Positions 49,265 through 61,070 of a DNA stretch of 64,000 nucleotides are shown piece after piece (the first letter of the stretch is position 1; every line of letters starts with the position of its first letter). This DNA is from Selaginella moellendorffii (Eukaryota; Plantae; Lycopodiophyta): the NCBI RefSeq assembly GCF_000143415.4, contig NW_003314283.1:1416330-1480329 (forward strand), given 5' to 3'. A model generated the notes under the pieces. It was not told where the DNA came from, did no database searches, and saw only the letters and a program-made list of their open reading frames with translations. Made by a program: the position numbers and the translations under genes.

Positions 49265-49787
49265 ATGGTTCTGCCTGGAGTGAAGTTTTCTTTCGACAGT
49301 TAACGGAAACTCAAACGCGATCAAGCGTGTACAGGTTCTTGAATTTCTTTCTCTGTCTTTATTCATTCTTACGGTTTGTTTATTGTTCAGGATGAAGCAG
49401 CGCGTCCTAGTACCAATCTACAAAGCTGAAGAGAGATTTCTAATGACATAGCCTTTTCAATTCGAACAATTTTTAGTCATTACAGCTTGACTTGGCTGGT
49501 TCTCATTTTGGTTTTAGCTTGCCTGGCAGGTCCAAAAGTTCTTGTACCATGGAGCACTAGACGAGGTAGAGATCGATTTATGGAAGGCTTCTCAATTGTT
49601 TTTTCTCCCTTTTTCCAGTGCAAGGATACTACTCTCCAGGAAGTGACAACACTCATGCTAGTTTTTTAAGTCAACGGGATTTTATTCGCAAGGAAAAAAG
49701 ATCGCACTGCCTTCCCAGGTCGGTAGGGTTTGATAGTTTTTGATATGAAGAGGTGCTAGCTCGACTGATTTTCCCATTGGCAGTGCT

Positions 49788-51245
49788 ATGGCGATTGTAG
49801 GAACGACGAGCTTTCCTCGTGTTTACGCAAATGGAGATAAGGGGAGAATTAGGGAAAGTGGTAGCATGGCGGTGACAAGTCGTCCGCGAACTTCATGGCT
49901 GTCGGTTTACAAGATCTCCGACACCATCTGGAAGAGGATCATCCACTTCCGGGGGCAGCCAACTTCGTCGAGTGTCACAATTGTCACGGACAAAAGGAGC
50001 AAGAGCGATGAGAAGCAGGAGGACAAGATTGCGTCCGTGGTAGCCGACCAAGCCGACCCTTCGGTCGCTTGGGAGCAAAGGGTCAAAGACGTGGAAGCCG
50101 AGAAGCGGCGTCGAGCGCTGCTCAACCCGGGATTTAGCTTCTCAGCTGCTGGGCTTTTGTTCCCTTACCACCTGGGCGTGTGCCAGTGCCTCATGGAGCG
50201 GAACTATATCACGGTACGATCGAGCTCCAACTCTTCTCCATTTTCTGCAACTTTTCCTTTCTATCTTCGCAGGTGGATACTCCTTTAGCTGGATCGTCGG
50301 CTGGAGCGCTCGTTTGCGCTGTTGTAGCTGCAGGGATGAGCATGCAAGACGCACTGGTCGCAACCAAGGATCTAGCACAAGATTGTCGTGCCAACGGGAC
50401 CGCTTTCAGGCTCGGGGTAAGAGAGATCTCTCGAGGTACTGAGTCTGATTCTAGTTTTCTGAGAGCTCCTCTTTATTGTCTCCGTCACTAGGCTGTGCTG
50501 AGGAGAGTTTTGTACAAAGTTATGCCCGATGATGCGCACGTTAAGGCGAGCGGGAGGATCAGAGGTATGGAGCTGTCTCTTTTCTCTCTCCCTTGTGTCA
50601 TGCTAAGTTCACTACTTCTCTCTGCAGTTGCAATCACGCAACTCTTTCGAGTACCAAGAGGCCTGCTCGTTGACCAGTTTGATTCCAAAGAAGATCTGAT
50701 CAACGCTTTGCTTACGTCGTGTTTCATTCCCGGGTAAGTAGTTTGCTCTTGCGTTCCATTAAGATGGGAGCTTGACTGGGTTTTAGTTATCTAGCACCAC
50801 GACCTGTTACCGTCTTCAAGAACAGACTGTGCATCGACGGCGGGTTCACGCTCTTCATGCCCCCTTCAGCTGCTGAAACAACGGTTCTTTCGTGTCACTT
50901 GCTAAGATTCGAGTTGGCTTCTGAAACTTTCGCTTTGCTTTTACACAGGTACGAGTGTGTGCCTTTTCTGCCAAGCGCCTCGGTCTTCAAGACACAGTGG
51001 GTATCAGCCCGGACTGTAATCCCGACAACCGAGCCTCTCCAAGACAGGTACAGAAATAATAAGAAGCTACAAGGTACATAGCTAAGTTCTCGACTGTTTT
51101 GCAGCTTTTAAACTGGGCTTTAGAACCGGCTGGAGATGCAGTATTAGATGAGCTCTATGTGTTGGGCTACAAGGATGCTGCAGTGTGGGCAAATGCAAAT
51201 CCTTTGATCAGTTTTAGAGGCAAGGGAACAGCTGCTCCAGTTTGA
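49788..51245 (+). CDS. Patatin-like phospholipase (PNPLA/ATGL-like), multi-exon
   Basis: GFSFSAAGLLFPYHLGV, lipase motif GSSAG, DGG motif. Last exon LLNWALEP...PV* (stop 51243-51245). Confidence 0.9.
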
Positions 51246-51688
51246 AGATGCAACAAACGATTGCTGTATCATACTAGAGGCATTCATGCGAAGGTAAGAA
51301 AGGAAATACAGAGATTCTTTGGGACACCATTCTCTAAGCATTTGTACACAAAGAAGAAGAACACAAAGAAGAAGAGAAGAAAAACCAGGCATTGACAAAA
51401 GTTCCTTGTTCTACATGGTTGTCAAAAGAATCAAACGTTGTCAAAAGAAACAAACAAGAAACTACTTGTGAAGCTTCATGATCAGTTGTGTGACTTTGTC
51501 AATAGCGTTCTATTTTCCCAGCCCACGTTTGAGAATTTTCCAGTCAAGCGCGTAGGTACCGGGAAGGCGGGCGGCTTCCTGGTATAAAAGCCCAACCAGG
51601 GAAACCCAGGCAATTCATCGATCCCAGTCTACAATCTTCCATCCTCTAGCCTGAAATTTGAGATTTTTCTCTTTTTCTCATAACACCC

Positions 51689-52498
51689 ATGGCAAGTTCA
51701 TATCCAAAGGACAAGATTGCATTCCTGTACATCCACAGAGAGAGTGGTGAGATTGGCTTCGTCTCACAATCTGCGTCTAGGCATGTCCCAGTACTAGCAG
51801 CCAAGTGCGATTTCTTGTTCTCCTCCATGGTCGCGAGCGACAAGGCGGAAGATTTAGAGGCGGCAAAGCAGGCCACACGCTCAGTTGCTCCAGATATGAA
51901 CAAGTACACCATTTCCATGCTTGGAGCAGCAGCTGACCAGGAGTGGACAGCCACCGTCTACGAGAGATACATTGGGAACGGGTTCGAGGGCGTGGTTTTC
52001 ATCCAGGATCCCAATCTCCAGGAGGAGGACAGCGAGAGCATGAGCTATCTGGCCTCTCTGCTGCTGGACAACGGCGTCATGACCAGAGATTGCCTTCTGG
52101 AGCCCTTCAGCTCGCACACACCTCAAGAGGTGGACGACATCACCTCCCAAGTTGTGGACATCATCGAGAAGAATTACATCCACTTCCCAAAGCACGACCA
52201 GTGGTTCACAAGTGGGGGCAAGCAGAGGTTTGCGGACAAGGTGAGGTACCACGTCGCAAGAAACATTCCACTCGAGTTCGTCTTGCCCGCATTTCCAGTC
52301 AAGTCGTGCAATCCCGACAAGACTCTGGGAAAGTGCCCGGACAAGGCCGAGGAGCTGGCCATCCATTCCATGAAGATTGTTGCGGATCTCATCAAGGCCG
52401 TGTATGCTCCAGGCGTGCACTACAACGTCGCCTCGGATGGCCATGTCTTCTCTGATCTCGTCGGCTCGGACGACGCTGCTGTGGATTCTTACGGCGAG
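51689..52498 (+). pseudogene. Partial copy of the DIT1/PvcA isocyanide-synthase gene, broken just before an assembly gap
   Basis: Protein identical to the first 270 aa of 59505-61070. Diverges at ~52499 (TGTTG...), ~25 nt before the N run. Confidence 0.8.
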
Positions 52499-52624
52499 TG
52501 TTGAAGCACTGGATTTGCCCAGACNNNNNNNNNNNNNNNNNNNNNNNNNNNNNNNNNNNNNNNNNNNNNNNNNNNNNNNNNNNNNNNNNNNNNNNNNNNN
52601 NNNNNNNNNNNNNNNNNNNNNNNN

Positions 52625-55600
52625 TTGTAGGCGCAGGCCTTCTCAAGAATTTGACATAATAGGTAATGACCGTGGGATAGATAAAGACACAGAGTCTTTC
52701 TAAGGGGAGCCAAAGTTACCTTAAATAAATGTTGGAACAACCCAAGGAGTTAGGGGTGTATTTAAAAGATAAGTTGATATTCTCATTATATGGACAAATA
52801 GTTCTAAAAAGCAAAGATAGCCCATATAGAACAAAGGATAATTAAATGTTAGAGTAACACTTGCCAAAATGGTCTTTGAAAGTAGGACATGAATACAAAA
52901 AGTTATATTCTAATGAGTTAACACCTTAAAAGTAGCTATGATGTTAGGACTTTACAGGTCATCGGATTAGCAAAGTCCAAAGCCTGGATGATTTAGTGGA
53001 GTCAAGGGATGGTCCTAAAAGGATGGTGAAAGCTGTTAGACTAAGGTGGGTTTTACATTACAAAGGACTATAAGGATTATGAGATTTAAGTATGAGAACA
53101 ATAGGTATTTTATTGATAGTAAAATATGCCATACTAAAGTTGTGGGAAAGGTGTTCCTAGAAGAAAACAACTTTGGCATAAAGTTGTATATAAACACCAT
53201 GGTGTAGTACTAACTGATAGTTGGCATGAGAAATAACTACTTTGGTCTTGGCAAAAACCTAAACACGAGTGAAAAGTGTCGTAAAAGTAGGCTCATGGAA
53301 TTGATGGGGTGGAGACCCCAAATGTTTCAAGAGATGAGGCTTTGAAGTCAAGTTTGCTAATTCATGAGGACCCTTTGTCAAAGGAATTCCACTGGAAATG
53401 AGATTAGCATAGCCTAAACTAAAAAGCATGCAATTCAAATGTATGGACCCAAATAATAATGAAAGTGTGAAAGCATTAACAATGAGTTGTAGGATTTGAT
53501 GACTATGAAGCAGCTAAACAAATATGTGGCATAATTGATTCGATTGATAGAGGTTAACTTGTCAAGATTTCTTATTAGGATAAGAAGGTTAGATATATCC
53601 CACAGGGGGGTAAATTGCTTATGTTACAAAATAATAAGTTAATATCATAAAGGGAAATGCTCATTGTTAAAGAAGGTCATCATTGGGACACCTAAACATT
53701 CAAAAACATCAGAAAGTTGTTATTAATATTATAAGAGTATTAGATAAGGCATTAGACAAATCCAAAAGGGATTTTGGCAAGGTTAGTCACGGGCATATAA
53801 AAGCCCATAAGTAGCAATATTAATCCTGGTATATGGGATTATNNNNNNNNNNNNNNNNNNNNNNNNNNNNNNNNNNNNNNNNNNNNNNNNNNNNNNNNNN
53901 NNNNNNNNNNNNNNNNNNNNNNNNNNNNNNNNNNNNNNNNNNAGACATAATAAAAAGCGCAAAGCTATCCTTCTAGCATGAAGGAAAATAACCAAAAAAA
54001 ACATGTGAGGCCAAAAGCAAGTAGTAAAATAAGAGGACCGAACTATAGTAATCAAAAAGCATAACCGAGAGTAATTATCCAAGTTGGGATTGGAAAATTA
54101 AGTAGATACTCAAAGGTGTTGTTACTGGCAATTGTGATGCCATGGAGAGTCTAGAGTATGGAATTATCTATGTTAGAACATATGACAATTAGAAAGTTTG
54201 TGAAAAAAGAGGTTTTAGCAATAAAGTCCCTTCAAAATTCCCAAAAACAATTCTAAATAAGTTAGTACCTAAAAAGATAAGTGTAAATGGTTCATAAAAT
54301 ACATGAAATTAAAGTGGCACAAGTGCCAGAAGTGTAGTTTTGAAGCTTGCCATAAGGCGAGGCTATCAAAGTTGGGGAAGTAGTTCCTGAGTGTTTAAAG
54401 AGATGGTTTTGAACAAAAATTGATGGTTAAGAATTTTCATGCTTATGCATGAAACTATGTTACACTAGTTGAATGACTTGTAAGAGAGATTGGCAAGTCG
54501 GGGGAACAAAAACCCTAGTTGAAGGTGTTGACTTCAAAAAGAAGTGGCCTATGGGGCTAAGCATGGAAGAATCTATGCATAATCACAAACTTGTCAAGTG
54601 AGAGGATTTGACAATTCAGAGAAACTAGGTTTTTAAGCGTGATCCGTAACATACTTTATGTATAAATTGGTGCACCGACATGGGGAGTCACGCTAGGCAT
54701 CTTGGAGTTGTGAGACACAAATCCCTAAACCCTAAAGTGGAGCTAAAAAGGTGCCATGTGGTAGTGGCTAAAGCAGAAGCGAAATAAACATAATACATTT
54801 GGACTAAAAGTTTTGACTTGGACAATCGAGAGTGGGAGTGGAATTCCCAACAAAGTGGTCAAGGAACGAGCATGAAATAAGTAGTAAGTGAATCTCTAGA
54901 AAAGGGACACAAGAGGATCAATACATGACATGTGGAAGTGTCGAGATAGAGTCCGAGATGGAGTCCAAGAATGTCGCGCATGTGACTTCGGGTATCGAAA
55001 GTTACCTGTCGACCTGTCCTTACGGACACTCTTACCTTACTGCCACGATGGCAGGAGGTCGGTATTGCTGGACCCGTTATCAGTCTCCGCCTAAGCTAGT
55101 TGAGAAACTGGTCTTCGCGTGTGCACTTGACCAGATGAGCATAAGGAAGGAATTCCTAAGTGTCTATTTAGTCAAGCATACTTGACCTGGTTAGAGAAAC
55201 TCATTCGTTGACTTGCACTTGCTAGTGTTGGGAACCCCCGTGATATTGAGCTTGGTCCCTCAATATCGCAAGATGATAGCTTACCGTGTCTGCCAAACAC
55301 CCTCGCTATCATGCCCTTTGTGTTAGTCTCATTTCGGTCCCAAATGCTATTTATGGAAAGTGTCCAGATTTGCTCATTTGGCATATCTACGGAATGTAGA
55401 GATCGTCCTGAACACAATGGTGTTCGTCCCATGTCCAAATTCGCAATCTAAAGACATTCCATATTTAGTAAGTTTCGAGCTTGTCCCAGAGACTAACTCC
55501 TAATACTAAGGGAGGCTTGGGGTGAAAGCCCAAAGCGTGTGTTCCTCAAGGGGGGGGGGCTGTGGGGGGTTCCAAATGTATAGTAGGGATAGTGGGTAGG

Positions 55601-57851
55601 TCGGGCATGGCCGACCAACCTGAGGCATAGTCTAGCTCCCGCTTGCGTGCCTGTCCTTGTTCTGCGTCCGGCTTGGGTCTAAGCCCAAGTTCCATTCCAT
55701 GCTAGTTGGTGGAGTACCCATATCCTCAAAAGAGTGGCCCATGGGGCTAAGTATGGAAGAATCTATGATTAATCACAAACTTGTCAAGTGAGAGGATTTG
55801 ACAATTCAGAGAAACTAGGTTTTTAAGCGTGATCCGTAACATACTTTATGTATAAATTGGTGCCGCGACATGGGGAGTCACGCTAGGCATCTTGGAGTTG
55901 TGAGACACAAATCCCTAAACCCTAAAGTGGAGCTAAAAAGGTGCCATGTGGTAGTGGCTAAAGCAGAAGCGAAAAGAACATAATACTCTTGGACTAAAAG
56001 TTTTGACTTGGACAATCGAGAGTGGGAGTGGAATTCCCAACAAAGTGGTCAAGGCATGAGCATGAAATAAGTAGTAAGTGAATCTCTAGAAAAGGGACAC
56101 AAGAGGATCAATACATGACATGTGGAAGTGTCGAGATAGATGCCGAGATGGAGTCCAAGAAGGAGTTTAACATGGACCCAAGACGAAGTCTGAGATGGAG
56201 TTCAAGATGGAGTCCAAGAAGGAGTTTAAGATGGACCCAAGACAAAGTCTGAGATGGAGTCTGAAATAAACATGAGATGGAGTTCGATATGGACCCAAGA
56301 TAGAGTCTAAGATGGAGTCTGATATGGACCCAAGATGGACCCAAAATAGAGTCTGAGATGGAGTCTAAAATGGATCTAAGATGGACCCAAGATAAAGTCT
56401 GAGATGGACCTAAGATGGAATCCAAGATAGACCCGAGATGGACTCCGAGATGGACCCAAGATGGAGTTCGAGATGGAGTCCGAGATGGAATAATGACGGA
56501 GTCAAAGGTCAAATCCGAGATGGACCTAAAATAGAGTTCGAGGTTGAGGCCGAGAAAGAGACCAATATCGAGACAAAGATTGAGAAAGAGACCAAGACCG
56601 AAACCAAGACTAAGATTAAGACCAAGTTTGAGTTCGAGTCCAAGTCCGAGGATGAAAGCCCAAAGCATTTGTCTCCCAAACCCTAGGGGGTTTGGTGAAC
56701 TCTAAAAGTATAATAGGGGGAAGACTTTAGTGGAGCCAGTTTGGTCAGGAAAAGCCAATGTGACCAAAGAAGGCTATACCCATGTGTTAGGTGATGGTAT
56801 ATTCACTAAGGGGTCTAAAGCTAAAGTAAATATAGATAAACAAACTAGGTAGCTTGGTGAAGTGTTCAAGAATTAGCTCTAGCTCCTTTGGGAGATTGAA
56901 TGGTAGATGTTCCCAATCCAAGTGTGGGTAACACTACCTACTTAGATACCTAGCATGGCTCATCAAAACCTCGCTCTAGCCATATAGCTAGGGCACCTAA
57001 GGGCAAAAGGTGTAAAGATGTTGCGAATGTGACTTTGGGTATCGAAAGATACTTGTCAACTAATCCTTACGGACACTCTTTTTTTACTACTATGACGGCA
57101 AGAGGTCAATATAGTTGGATGGTAGTCTCTTTTGTGCTAGTAGAGTTAATTAAGCATTTAAAGTGTACTTAGACCAGACAAGTAAGTACTTTTTGATACT
57201 TAAAATCACATTTGCAATAAAAAAGTACCTATAAAACTTGTGTAGAGCCACAGTGTTTCGAAATGTCATGTTAAAGTCCTAAACCGTGGAAAGGAAGTAG
57301 AAGAGTTCTCTAGTGTAGTGACCAAAGACACAATCATATGATGAGGATATCCCAGAGGATAGTGGGATTTAATGGTTGAGCCTTTGGGCCTTGACCCAAT
57401 GGCAAGGTTAACGAGCATGGCCCTAGATGAAAAGGGACTTAATAGGGATAAAAGAAGGAATATTAGGGAAAAATGTTTCCCATGTCTTTAAGCATCCTAA
57501 GGGTGTTAAGGTGTGGTCAAAAGGTGACCACTCATGGATGGATGGCTTAGTCTTTGATAGATGGGATTATGATGTAGGTGGTTTTAGATTACGAATATGA
57601 CAATGGTGAATGAGCATGGTTTTAATGTAATAGGCTAATATGTCAATGGTACATTTGGGTGTCAATTATAAAATTGGACACATAGAGCATTTGGACCAAG
57701 TGCAAAGGTTAAATTTTATAAATCCCATTTATGGGGCTAGCATATCCCCAAGTCTTGAATAAGACTTATAGAAATTGTGAGTGAGACTCTTCTAAATAAT
57801 CAAAAGTGTGTTTAAGTGATTAAAATAGAATGGAAAAATTAATTGCTTACA
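52625..57851 (+). mobile_element. Older, rearranged copy of the LARD-like LTR family (with assembly gaps)
   Basis: Interior matches the reverse complement of ~19100-21200. LTR starts TGTGAGACACAAATCCCTA at ~54709 and ~55900. Tandem array at 56130-56650. Ends ...TTGCTTACA at 57851. Confidence 0.85.
57019..57219. mobile_element. ~200-bp MITE-like insertion with ~36-bp imperfect TIRs
   Basis: TGTTGCGAATGTGACTTTGGGTATCGAAAGATACTT vs the inverse of AAGTACTTTTTGATACTTAAAATCACATTTGCAATA. Absent from sister LTRs. A related left end starts at 54972. Confidence 0.7.
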
Positions 57852-58434
57852 ATGCCCAATAGTAAACATCACGACCATGATTACATCCTTGCTCTTGTCT
57901 ATAAACTTGGGAAGCAACAACATCAACCTCCATTCAAATAAAACTATCTCCCACAAAAAGATAAAAAGAGGTGATGTTTTATAACATTGTGCCAGGCAAA
58001 GAGCATTATTTGGCTCTGCAAAAACCAAGAGGCTCAGAAATAAACACTAATTTACATCATTAACTTACATGCTCCTTGATGAATACAAACCAATTGCTAA
58101 ATTACATCATCACAATCATCAACATGTTCAAATGTGCATTTGAAAATGTTTGAGAGAATGCTCCAATCTGCATATGTGTCACAAATTTTTGGGATCATAT
58201 TTAGCATTTATATGAGTTTCCCACGTGTCTCCAAAAGATGATGTTCCAATGGTATAATAATTTGAGTGCCAAAGATGATTGCTATCTTTGTTGGGAAGTG
58301 TATGATTATCTCAAGTGATTTGCCAAAATATAAAGAATATTAGCAGAAAGAAGGGGGCAATCCACTTAAGTAATTAAACCTCCAAGGATTAGACCATTCT
58401 CTAGTACAAAAATTCTAGATAAAACGGCTAGCAT

Positions 58435-59061
58435 CTGTCTCTCTGCAGTTGCAATCATGCAACTCTTTTGAGTGCCAAGAGGCCTGCTTGTTGACCAGTT
58501 TGATTCCAAGGATGATCTGATGAACGTGTTGCTTGCGTCGTGTTTCAGAGCAGTTTGCTCTTGCATTCCATTCAGATGGGAGCTTGACTGGTTTTTAGTT
58601 ATCTAGCACCACAATCTGTTACCGTCTTTAACAACAGACTGTGCATCCACGGCAGGTTCACGCTCTTCATGCCCCCTTCAGCTGCTGAAACAACGGTTCT
58701 TTCGTGTCACTCACTAAGATTTTAGTTTTGGCTTCTGAAGCTTTTGTTTTGCTCTTACACGGGTAAGAGTATGTGCCTTTTCTGCCAAGGACCTCGGTCT
58801 TCAAGACACAGTGGGTATCAGCCCGGACTGTAATCCCGACAACCGAGCCTCTCCAAATAATAAGAAGTTAAAAGGTACATACCTAAGTTCTTGACTGTTT
58901 CGCAGCTTTTAAACAGGAAGTCGCCCTCTTGAAGATGGTAAGAAACCCGCAGATTTTTCTTTGATGAGCTCTATGTGTTGGGCTACAAGGATGCTGCAGT
59001 GTGGGCAAATGCAAATCCTTTGATCAGTTTTAGAGGCAAGGGAACAGCTGCTCCAGTTTGA
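58435..59061 (+). pseudogene. Duplicated, decayed 3' fragment of the patatin-like gene
   Basis: Colinear with ~50620-51245. Has a premature stop (TTTTGA), deletions and lost splice sites. Confidence 0.85.
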
Positions 59062-59398
59062 AGATGCAACAAACGATTGCTGTATCATACTAGAGGCATT
59101 CATGCGAAGGTAAGAAAGGAAATACAGAGATTCTTTGGGACACCATTCTCTAAGCATTTGTACACAAAGAAGAAGAACACAAAGAAGAAGAGAAGAAAAA
59201 CCAGGCATTGACAAAAGTTCCTTGTTCTACATGGTTGTCAAAAGAATCAAACGTTGTCAAAAGAAACAAACAAGAAACTACTTGTGAAGCTTCATGATCA
59301 GTTGTGTGACTTTGTCAATAGCGTTCTATTTTCCCAGCCCACGTTTGAGAATTTTCCAGTCAAGCGCGTAGGTACCGGGAAGGCAGGCGGCTTCCTGG

Positions 59399-59406
59399 TA
59401 TAAAAG
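59399..59406 (+). promoter_or_regulatory. TATA box of the isocyanide-synthase-like gene (second copy at ~51583)
   Basis: TATAAAAG ~100 bp upstream of the ATG. Confidence 0.65.
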
Positions 59407-59504
59407 CCCAACCAGGGAAACCCAGGCAATTCATCGATCCCAGTCTACAATCTTCCATCCTCTAGCCTGAAATTTGAGATTTTTCTCTTTTTCTCATAAC
59501 ACCC

Positions 59505-61070
59505 ATGGCAAGTTCATATCCAAAGGACAAGATTGCATTCCTGTACATCCACAGAGAGAGTGGTGAGATTGGCTTCGTCTCACAATCTGCGTCCAGGCAT
59601 GTCCCAGTACTAGCAGCCAAGTGCGATTTCTTGTTCTCCTCCATGGTCGCGAGCGACAAGGCGGAAGATTTAGAGGCGGCAAAGCAGGCCACACGCTCAG
59701 TTGCTCCAGATATGAACAAGTACACCATTTCCATGCTTGGAGCAGCAGCTGACCAGGAGTGGACAGCCACCGTCTACGAGAGATACATTGGGAACGGGTT
59801 CGAGGGCGTGGTTTTCATCCAGGATCCCAATCTCCAGGAGGAGGACAGCGAGAGCATGAGCTATCTGGCCTCTCTGCTGCTGGACAACGGCGTCATGACC
59901 AGAGATTGCCTTCTGGAGCCCTTCAGCTCGCACACACCTCAAGAGGTGGACGACATCACCTCCCAAGTTGTGGACATCATCGAGAAGAATTACATCCACT
60001 TCCCAAAGCACGACCAGTGGTTCACAAGTGGGGGCAAGCAGAGGTTTGCGGACAAGGTGAGGTACCACGTCGCAAGAAACATTCCACTCGAGTTCGTCTT
60101 GCCCGCATTTCCAGTCAAGTCGTGCAATCCCGACAAGACTCTGGGAAAGTGCCCGGACAAGGCCGAGGAGCTGGCCATCCATTCCATGAAGATTGTTGCG
60201 GATCTCATCAAGGCCGTGTATGCTCCAGGCGTGCACTACAACGTCGCCTCGGATGGCCATGTCTTCTCTGATCTCGTCGGCTCGGACGACGCTGCTGTGG
60301 ATTCTTACGGCGAGATGTTTTGGGAGATGGCACACAATCTGTATCCCGGCCTTGTCAATTTCTTTCGCCTGGATGAGTTTCTGCTGGACAACCACAGTGA
60401 CAAAGACATTGCAAAGCTTATCTCCAACACCACCGTGGAGCATCCCGTTGCGACTGAGCTCACCGCCAATGCAGAGAATGCCAGGCGAGCTCTCATGTGC
60501 TTGTTTGGATGTGACGAGTCCACCGTCACCAAGGAGATCAAGGAGGAGCCGGAGACACGCAATCTATATCGTGGCTTCTCCAGGTTCATGCTCGAGGACT
60601 TGTACGAACACAAGAGCTGCAAGAATCTCCCGTCAAAGTCGGCCAAGAAGAAGCTGTGCAGCCAGGTTGCCTTCCTCATGATCCTCAGGAACCGTGCATA
60701 CTCGGCCATGGTGGAGTGGCTCTTCCCTTTGCAGCTGCGCATTTCCATCCACCCGCATCCAAACAGAGGTCCCAAGTATGGCATCAACATCATCCATTCC
60801 TCTCTAGTGGCAGCGCAGCGTTCTTCCGAGGAGAAGAACTTCCACATCCCAACACCATGGCACAACGCGGTGGTGGAGCTGGCAGATGGCAAGTTCATGC
60901 TGCTGCACTCCAAAGTCATCCGAGGTTCGAGTATGCAGGCCAGAGAAATGGCCTGTGAGCAGCTCGACTTGAGTCAACAGTTGCTTCTCAAGCGTCAAGG
61001 CTACAGAATGACGCTGGTGACATATCCAGACGGCAGACCCAGCCACTACAGGCAGGTCAGTGTCTGCTAA
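59505..61070 (+). CDS. DIT1/PvcA-family isocyanide synthase-like protein, intronless, 521 aa
   Basis: LPAFPVKSCN..KTLG..PDKAEELA, SDGHVFSDLVG, YRGFSRFMLEDL, RNRAYS, LRISIHPH...PKYGI, HIPTPWHNAVV. Confidence 0.9.
   Translation: MASSYPKDKIAFLYIHRESGEIGFVSQSASRHVPVLAAKCDFLFSSMVASDKAEDLEAAKQATRSVAPDMNKYTISMLGAAADQEWTATVYERYIGNGFEGVVFIQDPNLQEEDSESMSYLASLLLDNGVMTRDCLLEPFSSHTPQEVDDITSQVVDIIEKNYIHFPKHDQWFTSGGKQRFADKVRYHVARNIPLEFVLPAFPVKSCNPDKTLGKCPDKAEELAIHSMKIVADLIKAVYAPGVHYNVASDGHVFSDLVGSDDAAVDSYGEMFWEMAHNLYPGLVNFFRLDEFLLDNHSDKDIAKLISNTTVEHPVATELTANAENARRALMCLFGCDESTVTKEIKEEPETRNLYRGFSRFMLEDLYEHKSCKNLPSKSAKKKLCSQVAFLMILRNRAYSAMVEWLFPLQLRISIHPHPNRGPKYGINIIHSSLVAAQRSSEEKNFHIPTPWHNAVVELADGKFMLLHSKVIRGSSMQAREMACEQLDLSQQLLLKRQGYRMTLVTYPDGRPSHYRQVSVC

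Noticed and set aside
43326-61070. Spore-wall gene cluster (DEX1 plus Dit1-like gene)
   Set aside because: The genes are separated by unrelated housekeeping genes (eIF2A, patatin). No Dit2-like P450 or transporter is in the window, so proximity alone is not evidence.
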